The notes below the pieces were generated by a model, which saw only the letters and a list, made by a program, of their open reading frames with translations, had not been told where the DNA came from and did no database searches. A program made the position numbers and the translations under genes. A DNA stretch of 51,663 bases, counting the filler, from Bipalium vagum (lineage: Eukaryota), in assembly GCA_037834085.1 (NCBI GenBank). It is 3 parts of 3 records of this genome, joined end to end, with 100 filler letters (N's around TTAATTAATTAA, not from the genome) between each part and the next. Parts side by side here need not be neighbours in the genome. Positions count along the whole stretch, not along the records: positions 1 to 18,547 come from JBBMKC010025815.1; positions 18,648 to 35,084 come from JBBMKC010105895.1; 1 more part is not named here. The stretch is one strand, 5' to 3'. Of the stretch, positions 11,242 through 23,830 are shown piece by piece. Positions within the stretch are counted from its first letter, which is position 1. The number at the start of each line of letters is the position of its first letter.

Positions 11242-12689
11242 ATGCTCTCCAAATTAAAGGGATTTAGAAAGAATATTCAAGATGTGAAGGATGGTAAAAC
11301 AACTCATGTTGAAGCTATCAATAAAGATCTTTATGAAATTCCTGATTTACAAGATTTAGGTAAATACTTTTTAAAAATTAATCTAAACATTTTAGTACAG
11401 GCTCTCTCTCAAATTTACATAGTCTAACATTATCTCATAATAAAATTGAAGAAGTTCCGGATAATATTGCAGTTCTTTCAAATTTAGAGCATCTCAATTT
11501 GTTCAATAACTGTGTGGAAGTAAGTTAAAATAATCTGGATAATTATACATTAATTTTAATTATCTCTTGTAAATTGAATGTTAATCTTTTTTGTACATTT
11601 AATCATATATTTTTTATTAGCTTATAGATCCGAAAATCAGCTTACTAATGAGCCTTAAGTGTCTTAATCTTGGGTTAGTGTAAATATTTTAATAATCAAT
11701 TTTTAAAATAATTTTAAAGAATGAATAGAATTTCTTGCTTACCAAGAGGTTTTGGAGCATTTCCATCATTAGAAATTTTAGATTTATCTTACAACAATTT
11801 GACCGAAAAAAGTATTCCAGAAAACTTTTTTAATTTAGGTAATGATTTTTGTCTATTTGACTATTGATCTATTTGATTTATAGTGACACTGAGAGCTCTT
11901 TATTTATCTGATAACGATTTCGAATATCTTCCCATGGGAATTGGAAAATTAGAAAATTTAGAAATTGTAATTATCTTATTATTGCATTAAATTCTCGATT
12001 TTTAATATAATTTTAAATTAAAATTTTATATCAACCAAATTGTTGACTTTCAAACTAATTTAAAGTAAACAAACAATTCCATTTTCATGAATTTTTTTTA
12101 TTTTTATCGATATTCTAGATTGTTGTTTATTAATTGATTTTCTAAATATTCATAAAAAATCCACTAATCAAAAGGAAACAAGAATTCTAATTTTATTTAT
12201 CAAATCAAACTTCACATTTGACCGATTATATTGTTTCGTCAATAAAGCTGGCCTTGCGAGATAATGATTTGCTGAAATTGCCCAGTGAAATTGGAAAATT
12301 AACCCGGCTTAAAGAATTACATCTCCAAGGCAATCGGTTGTCCGTGTTGCCTCCAGAACTGGGTAAAATTGAAATTAATCTTTTTATTTGATGTGAAAGT
12401 CGCTTGTTTTTACTTTTCATTTAGGAAATTTGGATTTGACAGATTCAAAGCATATAATAAAGCTGGAACAGAATCCATGGGTCACTCCAATCCAAGATCA
12501 GATCCAATTGGGCAATAGTCACGTGATTGATTACATTAGATCTGAAACGTACAATTTGTAAGTAAACAACTTTTTTCAAAATTCAATTATCGATATATCT
12601 CATTCAGTCTCTATAACAAGCACATAACCATGGATCTTCCTGTTCCTCCCAAAGCAGACAGATCGAAAAAAATCAGTCGGAAACGTTAA
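11242..12689 (+). CDS. RSU1: Ras suppressor protein 1 (LRR protein), 8 exons, 273 aa
   Basis: Exons 11242-11359, 11401-11519, 11621-11673, 11720-11838, 11884-11966, 12248-12362, 12425-12557 and 12608-12689 (822 nt, all GT-AG). Diagnostic peptides: LNLGMNRISCLPRGFGAFPSLEILDLSYNNL, TLRALYLSDNDFE, LKELHLQGNRLSVLPPELGNLDL, NPWVTPIQDQIQLG, YIRSETY, DRSKKISRK. Confidence 0.97.
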
Positions 12690-15287
12690 TAATTTTTTTC
12701 TGTTAAACTTTTTTGACAGTTGATGAAATTTCAAATTTATTGACTTTTGATCTTCGAAGAAGTGAACTCTTTTATTTCAATTATATATCTTTGATGCGTA
12801 TGATTCATTAATTCGTGAATTTTTATTATTACTGAAAATTGGTATTTGATTAATTAGTTTAAATTCTATTAGTATTAAAAGCATCCATCGACACACTGGC
12901 GGCTTCAGTCATAGAAATTTACTTTGTAATAAATCAATTAAATTTGTCTGTTTTTAGCTATATTAAACAATATATTTTGCAGAGCCTCACTTTAATTTTA
13001 GTTAAATTTTAAGTGCCTTTTTATGAGTAACATTGAATAGTATTGAGACGCTATAAATGTTTTATTATTTTCGTTTTGTTTGTCTAAATACCACATGGCT
13101 TGAGAGAGTTACTAATCAATATTTTTGCAATCAGTATTGTTGCCAACCAATATTATTTTCCATTAATTACAATTATTGGTTGTTCGATGTTATGAATATT
13201 GATTATAACAAATTCAGGGAATTATTATTGATTGTTAAATAATTTATTTTTAATGAAAGTTTAAAATTGCATTTATCTGTCCAAATGTCATTGTTTCGAC
13301 AGAATCCTCGTCGAAATCACATGATATTCTAAGAATCTTTACACACAAAACTGCCCTGGGGAATGGGTACAATTATCATTACCTATGCTGTATGTCTGAG
13401 AAATTACTGATTTTTGAATTTTTTAATAATCTAGAACAAAAAACTATTAACCAACCTCAAGACGTGCCTATCTCTCTTTCCACATTAAAACGTCAAAATA
13501 ACAAGAAAAGAAAATAAACTTTATTGATGACGCGACTAACCATAAGTCAATAAGTTTCGATATCATCAGACTTGCTTCTGAAATGATCAACATTAAAAAT
13601 ATTGAGTCGAAAAATTAGAAAGAACAATCGCTTCAAATTACGTAAAAATCAACTTAATTCTCTCTAGCCCTTAGTACAAACTTAAGCCGGTTCGTGATCT
13701 GGACAATATAGATGTGTTGGAATATCACACAAATTATCATTTACTGTAAAAATGCCTGTCGCAGTTATGAAATATTTGTGGCTTATTTATTGGTTTTCTC
13801 TCTACAATTTCTCTCTTCCAATAGATATGATACTAAATAAAATTTACATAAATACTTCAAATAAAACTCTAAATTAGTAAAAAATAATTTGCTCACAAAG
13901 GTCCGAAATTATATTAAAACATGAATCCCTTTTTTGGCTTAAAACAAAATAATTTGATTTAAATGATTATCCAATACAAAAAAAGATTTATCAAAATATT
14001 TATATTATTTCTTTATTGGGTGAGACTCAAGCTTGTTACGTTTTGTTAGTATGTATTATTTTCAAAATAATAAACGTTCTGAAATGATTTTAAGAAATTT
14101 AATCATTAAAGATTTTCATACCATTTTCAAATTCAAATTATTTGTTCCAGAATATCATTTTTATCTTTTAATTTAAAAATTAAAAAATATTACTTTATTT
14201 AACATTTGCAACATATGTTAATATTGTAACATTATTTTGCAGAAAAAAATTAAATATTATTCAGAGTCTGATATATTTCTTTCACTTATTATTTATGAAA
14301 ATTTTTTTCTTTTCATATTGTTTTTAAAATCGTCATCTTTATTAATTTTAATGTGAATTTTCCACTATAATTTATATTTCTATTTATAAGAATAACCATT
14401 TATTTTTAGTTGATGACGCAGTTATAAGATAAACAGATATTTATGCTACAAACATAAAATATGAGTTATTTTCTTTATGATGATTTGTTCGCTACAACTT
14501 CAATTTATTTCAACTATTTTTCCTATTTCCTTAACTTTTACTTGTAGTTGAGCAATCTTCTAAGTTAAGACAGTTAACCATTCTAGCATTCTCAGGGTTC
14601 AAATAATATTGCAGTTTGAACTAATTTTTTAAAAAATTTATTAAATATATATTGTTTGACAAATATAATATTTAAGAAATAATTTTTCAAAATTATTGTG
14701 TGAAATCAAAAGATTTGTTCAAAGATAATTCAATTTTATAAAAAAACAAATTCTGATTTAAAATATTATTTCACTGTCTTATTAATGTCTCAATGAATGG
14801 ACAAGAAAATTTTTAGAGAAAATGAAATATTTGATAAATTATTATTTTGTAGATATATAAAGAATAAGACAAAATGATTCATAATCAATTAGAAATTTAA
14901 GAAAAAATAATTTAAAATGTACGTTCCACGATAAGAATTAAAATAAAAATCTTACTAAAAAATAAGTCGGAATATTAGATTGGATAATCGACGAAATTAT
15001 TAGTTTATGTAAAATTTATAAAATACATTAGAAAATTTATGTTTTATTTTATAAAGTTCTATGAATAGATTACAAAGTAACAGTTAAAACAAATTTAAAC
15101 ATAAATAACAGCGAAGAGAAAATGATAGTAAAAATTAATTTTTATTTTCATAAAAGCTAAATTTTGTAAAAATCTATTGTTTTACTCATAACTTGTACAA
15201 AATAACAAGAAAAGAAACGAAAAATTAAAACATTTAAGATATGTGTAGACCTTTACCATCATTGTAACAGCACAAAATGTCATCAAG

Positions 15288-15932
15288 TTATTTCAATGTA
15301 CTTGATTTCGCAGCAGCCAGCCCTGGTGGTTTCCATGCTGGAATATGGTTATCCTTTTTATCATTATCCATTACTTCAGTACTAAAATTAAATAATTTCA
15401 TTTGCAATTAGTTCCAATAAAGTAATTTTTACTTTTGTACTTTTTTAGAAACTGGTCTACTTTTTTCCCCACTATGCATACTTCTTACAATTAACGGTTC
15501 TTCTGCTAAATTTGTTTTAGAATATAAATTTTGGTTTGACATTTTATAAATAATGTAATCAAAAAATTAAATTTTCTAGATCAACAATTTTTTTATATTT
15601 AATTTTAAATATAAAATTTCTGAAAAATTTTTAAAATATAAATATTAAATTTTCTACTTTTTTCTGTTTCTAGTATTCTCATTCTTTCCATACTTTCGGA
15701 TAAAATAAGTTTCAATTCTGCAATTTGATCTCCTTGGGATAAAATAGTTTTTTCCAAATTATCGATTCTTTTTTGTAAATCTATATTTTCTAAATCATCT
15801 TTTTTGTCTACATATGTTAAAATATACAATATTAATATTAAATAACATTAATTTTTACTAACCGGGAGTAAAAGAAAAATTTGTAGGCAAATCAGTTGAT
15901 TTGGGAGATATTTTAAATAACTCTTTAGCCAT
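15288..15932 (-). CDS. Small 128-aa protein: EML/EMAP-like N-terminal trimerisation coiled coil plus basic tail, with no HELP/WD40 domain
   Basis: Exons 15932-15863, 15807-15658, 15505-15433 and 15381-15288 (387 nt, GT-AG, phases 1/1/2, ATG to TAA). The core LENIDLQKRIDNLEKTILSQGDQIAELKLILSESMERMRILETEK resembles the EML pattern L.ER...LE.RVQ.QEDEI..LK..LAD.LRRL...E. The protein ends ...HIPAWKPPGLAAAKSSTLK*. Confidence 0.75.
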
Positions 15933-16303
15933 ATGATCTTAATAATTCTCACCCAACTAAATATTTAAATATGACGTTAAACTTAAAAATGAATAGGAAT
16001 GACTCAGAAATCAAGCACAATTTACCATTTAAAAATCAATATTATTCCCAATCAGTTCAGGTATTTGTTTTTTAATATTCTATGGTCAAAGAATTCATAC
16101 AAAAACGAAGTTTAAAATAATGATAAATATTCTTAACATTTTAAAATTAATTTATTAATTTTGATTTTAAAAATTAAAAATATTATTAAAAAATAATTCA
16201 AATATAAAATAAATTAAAATATATATCCTAACCTATTTTAGAATATATATGTATTTATTATTTTTATTTAAATTTTGCAAGTTTTGTTTGAATATTATAA
16301 TTA
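15933..16303. promoter_or_regulatory. Putative bidirectional promoter between the coiled-coil gene and GLYCTK
   Basis: Only 371 bp separate the two divergent ATGs (15932 and 16304). The interval contains TGACGT (15972) and TGACTCA (16000-16006); function is inferred only. Confidence 0.5.
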
Positions 16304-18191
16304 ATGAACAAAGTACCGGTCGATTCAGTTAGTGTATTAAAATGTCTTTTTAATTCTGGTATACAAAGTCTTAAACCTTCAAATTTGGTAAATATTAGAT
16401 TTTAGTGTGTTAAATTCATCTTTGTTTAGACCTTTAGTATTTTCGAAAAAAATATTAAGTTTAATGAATTAAATATCTCACTTTCTGAAAATGTTTATAT
16501 AGCTGGATTTGGTAAAGCTGCATTAGGATTTTTGGAGTAATTAATTTTATATTTCTATTTCTTATATTTTATTAGTCCATTGTATGGTCATTTAAAAAAA
16601 AATTATCGTCGTGGTATATTTTCTATTCCTACACCTACAGAGAATGAAATTATTAAATATCCGCAGTACAATTTTATTCTTAAAATATATATAATGTTGT
16701 TTTTAATATAGTTTATTCAAAATTTGTGACGAGTTGTTAGAAATTACATCAATATATTATGGAAGTAGATCAAATATTCCAAATGAAGAAACAATCAAAG
16801 CTTCTCTAGAGATATTTAAAATGATCAGAAGTCTTACTGAAAAAGATACGTTGATTGTTGTGATAACCGGTGGTGGCTCAGCATTACTTTGTCTACCAGA
16901 AAAAAATATAACACTACAAGACACGATTAGTATTTCCACTCTATTATCGAAATCTGGAGCAAGTATTATAGAACTAAATACTGTTAGACGTAAAATCGAC
17001 ATTTTGAAAGGAGGGGGAATCGCATTATTGTCAAATGCTAAAAATGTGAGCGAGTTTCATTTTAATTTTTAATATATTTAAAAATAATGAATTAAAAAAG
17101 AAATTATTTCAACATGGAATAAAAATTTAATGATAACTTAAGAACATCAAAATTATATTTTAAATTTTAGCATTACTTTCTAATCTTAAAATAGAATTAT
17201 TGTTTTACTATATTTTTCCTATGCTCTCCTCAACATATTTTACAAAGCTTTTACATTAAATTTGAAATATGAATATTCTATAAATTAAGTTAACAATAAC
17301 TTACATTTAGAAGTTTAAAGTCTTTTCAAACATTTATAAACTAAAATAATTTCTAAATATTATTTTAATAATTGTCAACTCAATATATAAATATATATAA
17401 AAATACCACAAATGATCTGAGAAAATTTTAAACTAATACTAATTATAATTAATAACGGTTTTTAGTGGTCGATATTACTACTTGTCTCATCACTGTAATG
17501 CAATAAGCTGTCGTTCAACGGCACGTGATAAGCATCATTTCGAATTTAATAAAGAATAACTAACCACAACGTGGCCTTTATATTGTGTAAGGAGGCTGGA
17601 AAATATTTAACTAAGATAGTCGTTTATAAAAGAATCTCATTCAAAATTATTTTCACATTTAAAGATTAATAAAAAGTCAACTTAGGAAGTTTAAATCTTT
17701 AATTTCTCGCATTATATTTTCACTTGTTTTCGCGAATTTTAACTTTACATTGCAGGTTATAAGTCTAATACTGTCCGATGTGATTGGGGATGACATTTCA
17801 ATAATTGCCAGTGGGCCTACAGTAGTTCAAGACAACTCTGCCATATCTCCACTTGAAGTTCTAGCTAAATATGAATTACTTGACAAAGTATGGATTTTTT
17901 ATGTTATTGAATTTTGGTTTTTTGAATTTTCTTTTTAGGCTCCCAAAAGTGTTCTTGATTACCTTAAATTAAAAAACATTGAAAATAAAACTCTGCAACC
18001 AGATAACATTTATAACATTGTCGTTGGTAATAATGAGACTGCGTTACTTTCAATGAGCAATGAAGCAAGCAAATATGACAGAAAATCATTTATTTTGACC
18101 AGAAAACTGGATGGTGATTGCGAGTTAAGAAGTGTGCAAATCGTAAAATTTTTGGAATGTTTATTTCTGTTTATGGAAACTAAAACGGAAG
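16304..18191 (+). CDS. GLYCTK: Glycerate kinase (GLYCTK/TtuD-MOFRL family), 5' part (6 exons, ~333 codons); C-terminal MOFRL exons lost at the gap
   Basis: Exons 16304-16387, 16430-16536, 16576-16665, 16712-17045, 17756-17887 and 17939-18191. Motifs: VYIAGFGKAALG, LIVVITGGGSALLCLP, GASIIELNTVRRKIDILKGGG, SLILSDVIGDDISIIASGPT, NIVVGNN. Confidence 0.93.
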
Positions 18192-18547
18192 GTAATAAAA
18201 TAATAGAAAATCAAAATAAAATTAAAAATTAATTATTATTAATATTAACATTCAATTCAATTCTATTTGTTTAATGTCGGTCTACCAGTCATAGATTCGT
18301 GTTTGAACCTTATTTGGTCCTAGATTTAAACACGAGACATTATCTTTTGGATGGGCTTCAGCCGTTGAATCTATATTATCATTTGGATTTGCATTATTCA
18401 TATTATTCTTTAGGATTATTAATCCTATCGAGTTCTATTTGAATAGAATTAATTTGTATATTTGTCGTTATTATTAGGTTGAGGCATAATGTTTTGCCGA
18501 AAAAATGAAATAAGTTAAAATCGAAAATTTTATTTTTTAATAAAACA

Positions 18548-18647
18548 NNNNNNNNNNNNNNNNNNNNNNNNNNNNNNNNNNNNNNNNNNNNTTAATTAAT
18601 TAANNNNNNNNNNNNNNNNNNNNNNNNNNNNNNNNNNNNNNNNNNNN
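18548..18647. other. Artificial contig-join linker (44 N + TTAATTAATTAA + 44 N)
   Basis: Exactly 100 nt and symmetric, with a palindromic all-frame stop cassette. An identical structure occurs at 35085-35184. Confidence 0.95.
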
Positions 18648-18713
18648 AGACTTGTTCATTTAATAAATTTCATTGTTTAAAATATTCTTTTCAATTAAAA
18701 TTAGTATTTTTTA

Positions 18714-18745
18714 TAGGGGGTGAATAGACTTTTAAGCGCACTATA
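18714..18745. mobile_element. Possible Tc1-like right terminal repeat
   Basis: GGGGTGAATAGACTTTTAAGCGCACTATA resembles Tc1-family ends (GGGGTGAATACTTTT....CACTG|TA) and lies close to a contig edge. Confidence 0.35.
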
Positions 18746-20181
18746 TTTAACGTGTGTAGTTTTTTACGAATGTGTCTATTTTAGAAACAATTGATCTATG
18801 TGTTTCTCTGTGGAAGGATAGATGTGATCAAGTATGAAATTTAGTATAAAAGATCTCATTTTTATTCAACAGCGAATGATATACACAAAGCTATAAAGTT
18901 GCTATGGAATTTCTTTCAGGACCAACATTTGGTTAGAAAATAAAATAAACAATTTTAATATTTTATTTATTTTAAGTTGTATACTTTGAACTATCAATTT
19001 TTCAAGGATTTACAAATGTGCAGGTTTTAATTCAATTTTTTCATTATTTATGCTGTTTTTATCATTTTATTTATAATTAAAAATCTGAATTTTTCTTTTA
19101 ATAATTTATTTATATTAATGTGTAACTTTAAGATATAAACTTCGACTGACCCCTCGCTAATAGTTATTAACATGTTCTTACATCTGTGTAAAAAATAAAC
19201 ACGGTTAGTAAATGAGTCAAAATAATTATAGTACAAAAATTATTTTCACAATGCAATCACAAACACAATAATTTCAGGGTCTAAATTACACTAAGGTAAT
19301 GTCTATACAACAAAAATATTAATTATTAAAAAAAACAAATTTCAGTATCTGACAAACTTCATTATTGATCACTACTTTTTATATTGACCAGCCGAGTACT
19401 GCAAAGTCAATTCGATTTTTAAGTCAACAAATAATAAAATAATTTCCTAATTACTGACTTTATTTAATCCTGACAAGTTAAAATTGTCAAAATTAAAATT
19501 TATTTACTTTAGATTAACTTATACTCAGGATTGTGTTTTTGGCGAAATCAATAAATAAAAAACTGTTAATGTATATATTACAAATATTTCTGTTTAAAAG
19601 TTATTATAAAAAACATTTACAGAAATTAATTAAATAATGATTCACTTATATGTGTATAAAGTAAGTATCCGATTTTAAAATATAATACCATTAAAAAATA
19701 TGTTAAACATAAGACTGCAAATTTTTTACAGTAACATTTTTATTGAAATTCAATATTTTTCTACAGAATGACTAAATAATATCTTTCAGGTCATGGATAT
19801 TCATTTTCTTGTATATAAATTTCTTTACAAATGTCCCCAAAAGAAGAAATAGGTTTATATTTGATCTTTCATTCACGTAACAAAATTAAGTTATTATTTA
19901 ATTTAGTTAAATTGTTTTATTATATGATAATTTTCTGAATTAGTTTGGTATTTATATCCTTATTTCATATTTTATCTAGAACTGATGTTTATCAATTTAT
20001 TTAAATCAAATTTTTTATTAGACCAATTATATTTAACAAATTTCCATTTCAAATTATTTTACAACATAAAATGTTTAGTACAGCTAAATTTGTTTAAAAC
20101 TGTCGCTGAAATTCATTTTAAAAAATAGAGATAATTTAAAAATTAAACACAAAATCAATTGTTGGTTACAAAAATATTGTA

Positions 20182-20628
20182 ATGGATTTGTTCTACATTG
20201 TGATCATAAGAGTGTTTTTACCGATAAGCCTAATAGCAGCATCATTACTAAGATATAATGGATTTTCAGGGTTCTATTTAATTTTTTGTCTCTTATTACT
20301 GGTATTGAATCTTAGAAAACAATCAAGTAAGATTTTCAGTTATTGACAAAAATTATAAAAATCTATTTTAGGCATATTACTTTTAATGATATATTTTCTT
20401 CTAATGGCCAGTGTCACATTCACTTTTTCTCATCTCATCACTCACATTTTTATATTTTTTCATCCGAAGTCTCTAAAGAATTGTGAGAATTCAAATAATT
20501 TTTTGTCGGCTTAATATATATTAAGGTTCTTTGGATCTGGTATTATACCTACATCAAGCTGGAATTAGCAAGTAATTAAAAGATCGAATTGTTACTAATT
20601 ATTAATTATTATTATTATTATGATTATG

Positions 20629-20670
<42 letters not shown>

Positions 20671-23141
20671 CAATAATAATAAAATTTAGTAATGATACTA
20701 ATATTTATTGATAATAAACAATATAATAATAATATTATTATTGTTACATTTAGTTTATTCGATTCTCATTTTTACAATATTGTGAGATTAGTGGCACCAG
20801 ATATATGGATGATGGTAGTCAGTATTATATGTGCAGTTTATATCCACAAAGCTAGAAATTCAACGACGGAAAGAGACAGTGAAGTTGAAAATAACAAAAC
20901 GACATACTTGGTAACCGATGAAATTAATCTCAGTTCCGCTCATTCCCAAGATTTGACTTTGAGGATTTATCAGCGAGTTAAAGTTCTTGTGAATATTTTT
21001 CTCACTGGTTTTGCAGGAATTATATCACCATCCTTTTTAAATATTACATATCTTATATTATTTGTTATGATCGGTTCAATTTGGTCAAGTGGAATAAAAA
21101 TCACATCTGAAGCTCTTTACTTCTTTCGAATTTTTCTTTTAACATATGTCTCAATGCATGTCATTCTAATATATCTAATCCAGGTGGAAGGTTTCCAGAC
21201 ATTATTTCCGGACGGAGCATTGTATTCAAGGTTATGTTCTCATTGGTTTTATTTATCAAGCTCAAGGTGAATGCTTTGTTGACAATCTTTATAACAATAT
21301 ATTGGTGCACCACTTGAAAATAATTATATATAATTTTTTATATCAATTAATTTGTCTAACGAAAGTCTACCTTATATACTTTGATCATATCAGGTTTATT
21401 ATGTTCTTTTAAGTTAATTCCGATTATTATTATTAATATCTATATAAATCTTTCATCAAATACTTTCAACATTAGCAAAGTTAAAAAAATTCTGAATTTT
21501 AGAGGATGATAGATTACAATTACGTAGAATACAATATGTTATATTATGATAATTATAGAACATATATTTACGGAATATCTTATTTCAGACTTCTTGGCCT
21601 TTATTATAAGGTTAATACTTCATGTGAGATTAGAGGATCTGTGCAAATCAATAAGCAGAGATTTTTTGACTATTTAAATCCTTTTGTGCTATTTTTATTG
21701 TTCTATATCTATTCAATGGATTCTAAATTATTGACTGAAAAACACAATCTGCTTTCTCAATCAAGACTATTTGTAAGTTTTATTGTTTTAAATATGTTTA
21801 ATAATATATTATATTATTAATGGAATAAACTTGGGTCCTTAATTACTAAAGAAAATCTGAAACATAGAATATCCAAATTTATTTAAGTAATAAGAGATAT
21901 ATGAATTATAACTATAATAATAGATAACCTGGTAGAAAAGTTTGTAGGAACTAGTAATTGTAAAAATGAAACTAAAAATATAGGATATCAATTAAGTAGC
22001 TTTACAATTTTAAAGTGTAAAAAATCTTTGAATGTTTAATTTTATTAAGCCGAGCTATTGCCAAGTGTATGTTGACATTTAATATCTAAAATTATAATAT
22101 GATTAATTTTATTTTAGATGTATTGATTATCGAGCAGTGATAGATTTAATGTTAAAAAGCGAGTCAAAATCGTTGAATTGAAATATTATATATAATATAA
22201 AATTAACTCACCAATAACAATTCAAAGAATATGGAAAAGGGAAATGAATACTTATTCACCAAAGAGATCAACGATCAACCCAATATTTAACAAATTGCTC
22301 AAAACTTAGTGTGCTTGGATCCATTAAAAAGTGGACGATCACCAGCCTAAAAGAACCAGATTCCACAAAATTTCCCAGCACCCCACGCAATTAATAATGT
22401 TGACAAATAATGATTGCAAGTTGATTACCAAAATTAAATCTTGCAAAATTTAATGACAGAATTTTTTTTAATGACATTATTTTAGAAAATTGGCTTCAAA
22501 AAATAAATTATTGTGAGTAGTTCACGAGTTTTATTTATTAAAATTAATAATTCTTTAACAATTATTATTAAAAATTATTAACTGTAAGTAGTTTTTACGA
22601 AGATTATTGGATATTTAGAATGAAATATTATAAATATATAAATCTTTAGGAATCCGCAATAAAACAAAAACCAAAATTATTAATTTCGCAAAAAAACATC
22701 TCAAATAATGAAATATCTGCCGAGAGCAGCCAAAATCGACCCTTTATTTGGAGTGTTATCAACTCTATCATTCGAAACAGCTATATTGTTTCCTTCATTA
22801 CTATGATGGTTATTATTTTTGTTTGACATATTTTGTCATAATTAACTTTTTTATATATCTGGTTTAAGGTATGGAGTATTATGTATAAATCATGGCTAAC
22901 CTTTTTACTGCTCTTGCTAGCATGCATTTTATGGCTTGTTCCTGACTCTAGAAAAGCATGTCTTTTTATGAGTCCCTTTATTGTTGCATATGGAATATTG
23001 TTAATTTTGATGAATTATATTTGCAATATCAATGGAAAAGAAATCATACATACTTTTAAAATGTACATTGAACATTATTTTGAAATTAGTGAATTAGGGA
23101 TATTCGTTTGGAAAATTCCATTCATTCCTCTTTTATTTACA
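20182..23141 (+). CDS. PIEZO: PIEZO mechanosensitive channel, N-terminal ~465 aa only (7 exons)
   Basis: Exons 20182-20326, 20372-20482, 20526-20571, 20754-21230, 21589-21772, 22650-22808 and 22869-23141 (1395 nt, consistent phases). PIEZO N-terminal motifs: RVFLPISLIAASLLRYNGFSGFYL, VRLVAPDI, AGIISPS..YLILF, SYIVSFITMMVWSIMYKSWLTFLLLLLACILW, SPFIVAYG. Confidence 0.92.
20596..20740. repeat. (ATT)n/(AAT)n microsatellite in PIEZO intron 3
   Basis: A long run of ATT triplets, read directly. Confidence 0.9.
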
Positions 23142-23199
23142 GTTTGTTAATGACTTATTATTATTTATGATAAACATATTTTCAAATTGATATTTTAAT

Positions 23200-23830
23200 A
23201 TTAGGTTGAAAACTATTGTTAGTTTTCTATATACAAACATTAAAGAGAAAATATTTTAAGATTTCGATTAATATTTTTATAATTATTGATTTTTAATATG
23301 ATGATTTATTTTGACAATACCAAACCTTGCGGCAACTTGGTAGACTAAGATTCTTAGCCAAACACAGTTGCAAATCAAATGATTACTCAGAGTAAGGCAA
23401 TGAAAACCATAGATGGTCTATGGGCGTTATTATGTAGTATAATTTCTTGGGATATGGAGAACTATCTTATCAAAACTATCAAGAAATGATGTTTTCATTA
23501 AATCGATGCCTATCAAGAAAAACTGAAGAAAATTTCCCCAAACTGATGAATCGTAACCGTTCGTTACTTTCCTTTGATAACACTCGGCATAACGTTGCAA
23601 AATTAAATCTACAAAACTTAGAGGAACCTGTTTACTAAACTTCACTTCACTCACCTTACTCCCCAAATATATCCTATAGATTATCATCTATTCTATCACT
23701 TGGAAATTTCCTACAAAATAAGAAATTCAAAAAGTAAGATGATGTTCAATACGCAATACCTTCTTTGTTCTAATCCTGGAAATTTCAAACATTGCTAAAC
23801 AATAATATACATTAATTAAAAAAACTCTAT
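23200..23830 (+). mobile_element. Degenerate, internally deleted mariner
   Basis: TA|TTAGGTTG-type terminus near 23200. Peptides FPKLMNRNRSLLSFDNTRHNVAK (HDNARPHVA) and HSPYSPNIS..DYHLF..LGNFLQNKKFK (YSPDLAPSDYHLF). Confidence 0.8.

Noticed and set aside
12226-12420. 64-aa minus ORF
   Set aside because: It is the antisense shadow of RSU1 exon 6; likewise 16757-17002 shadows GLYCTK exon 4.
17480-17620. Possible intronic snoRNA in GLYCTK intron 4
   Set aside because: No convincing C/D (RTGATGA/CTGA) or H/ACA arrangement.
18592-18603. TTAATTAATTAA palindrome as a biological site (also 35129-35140)
   Set aside because: It is centred in symmetric 44-N pads twice, so it is an assembly linker.
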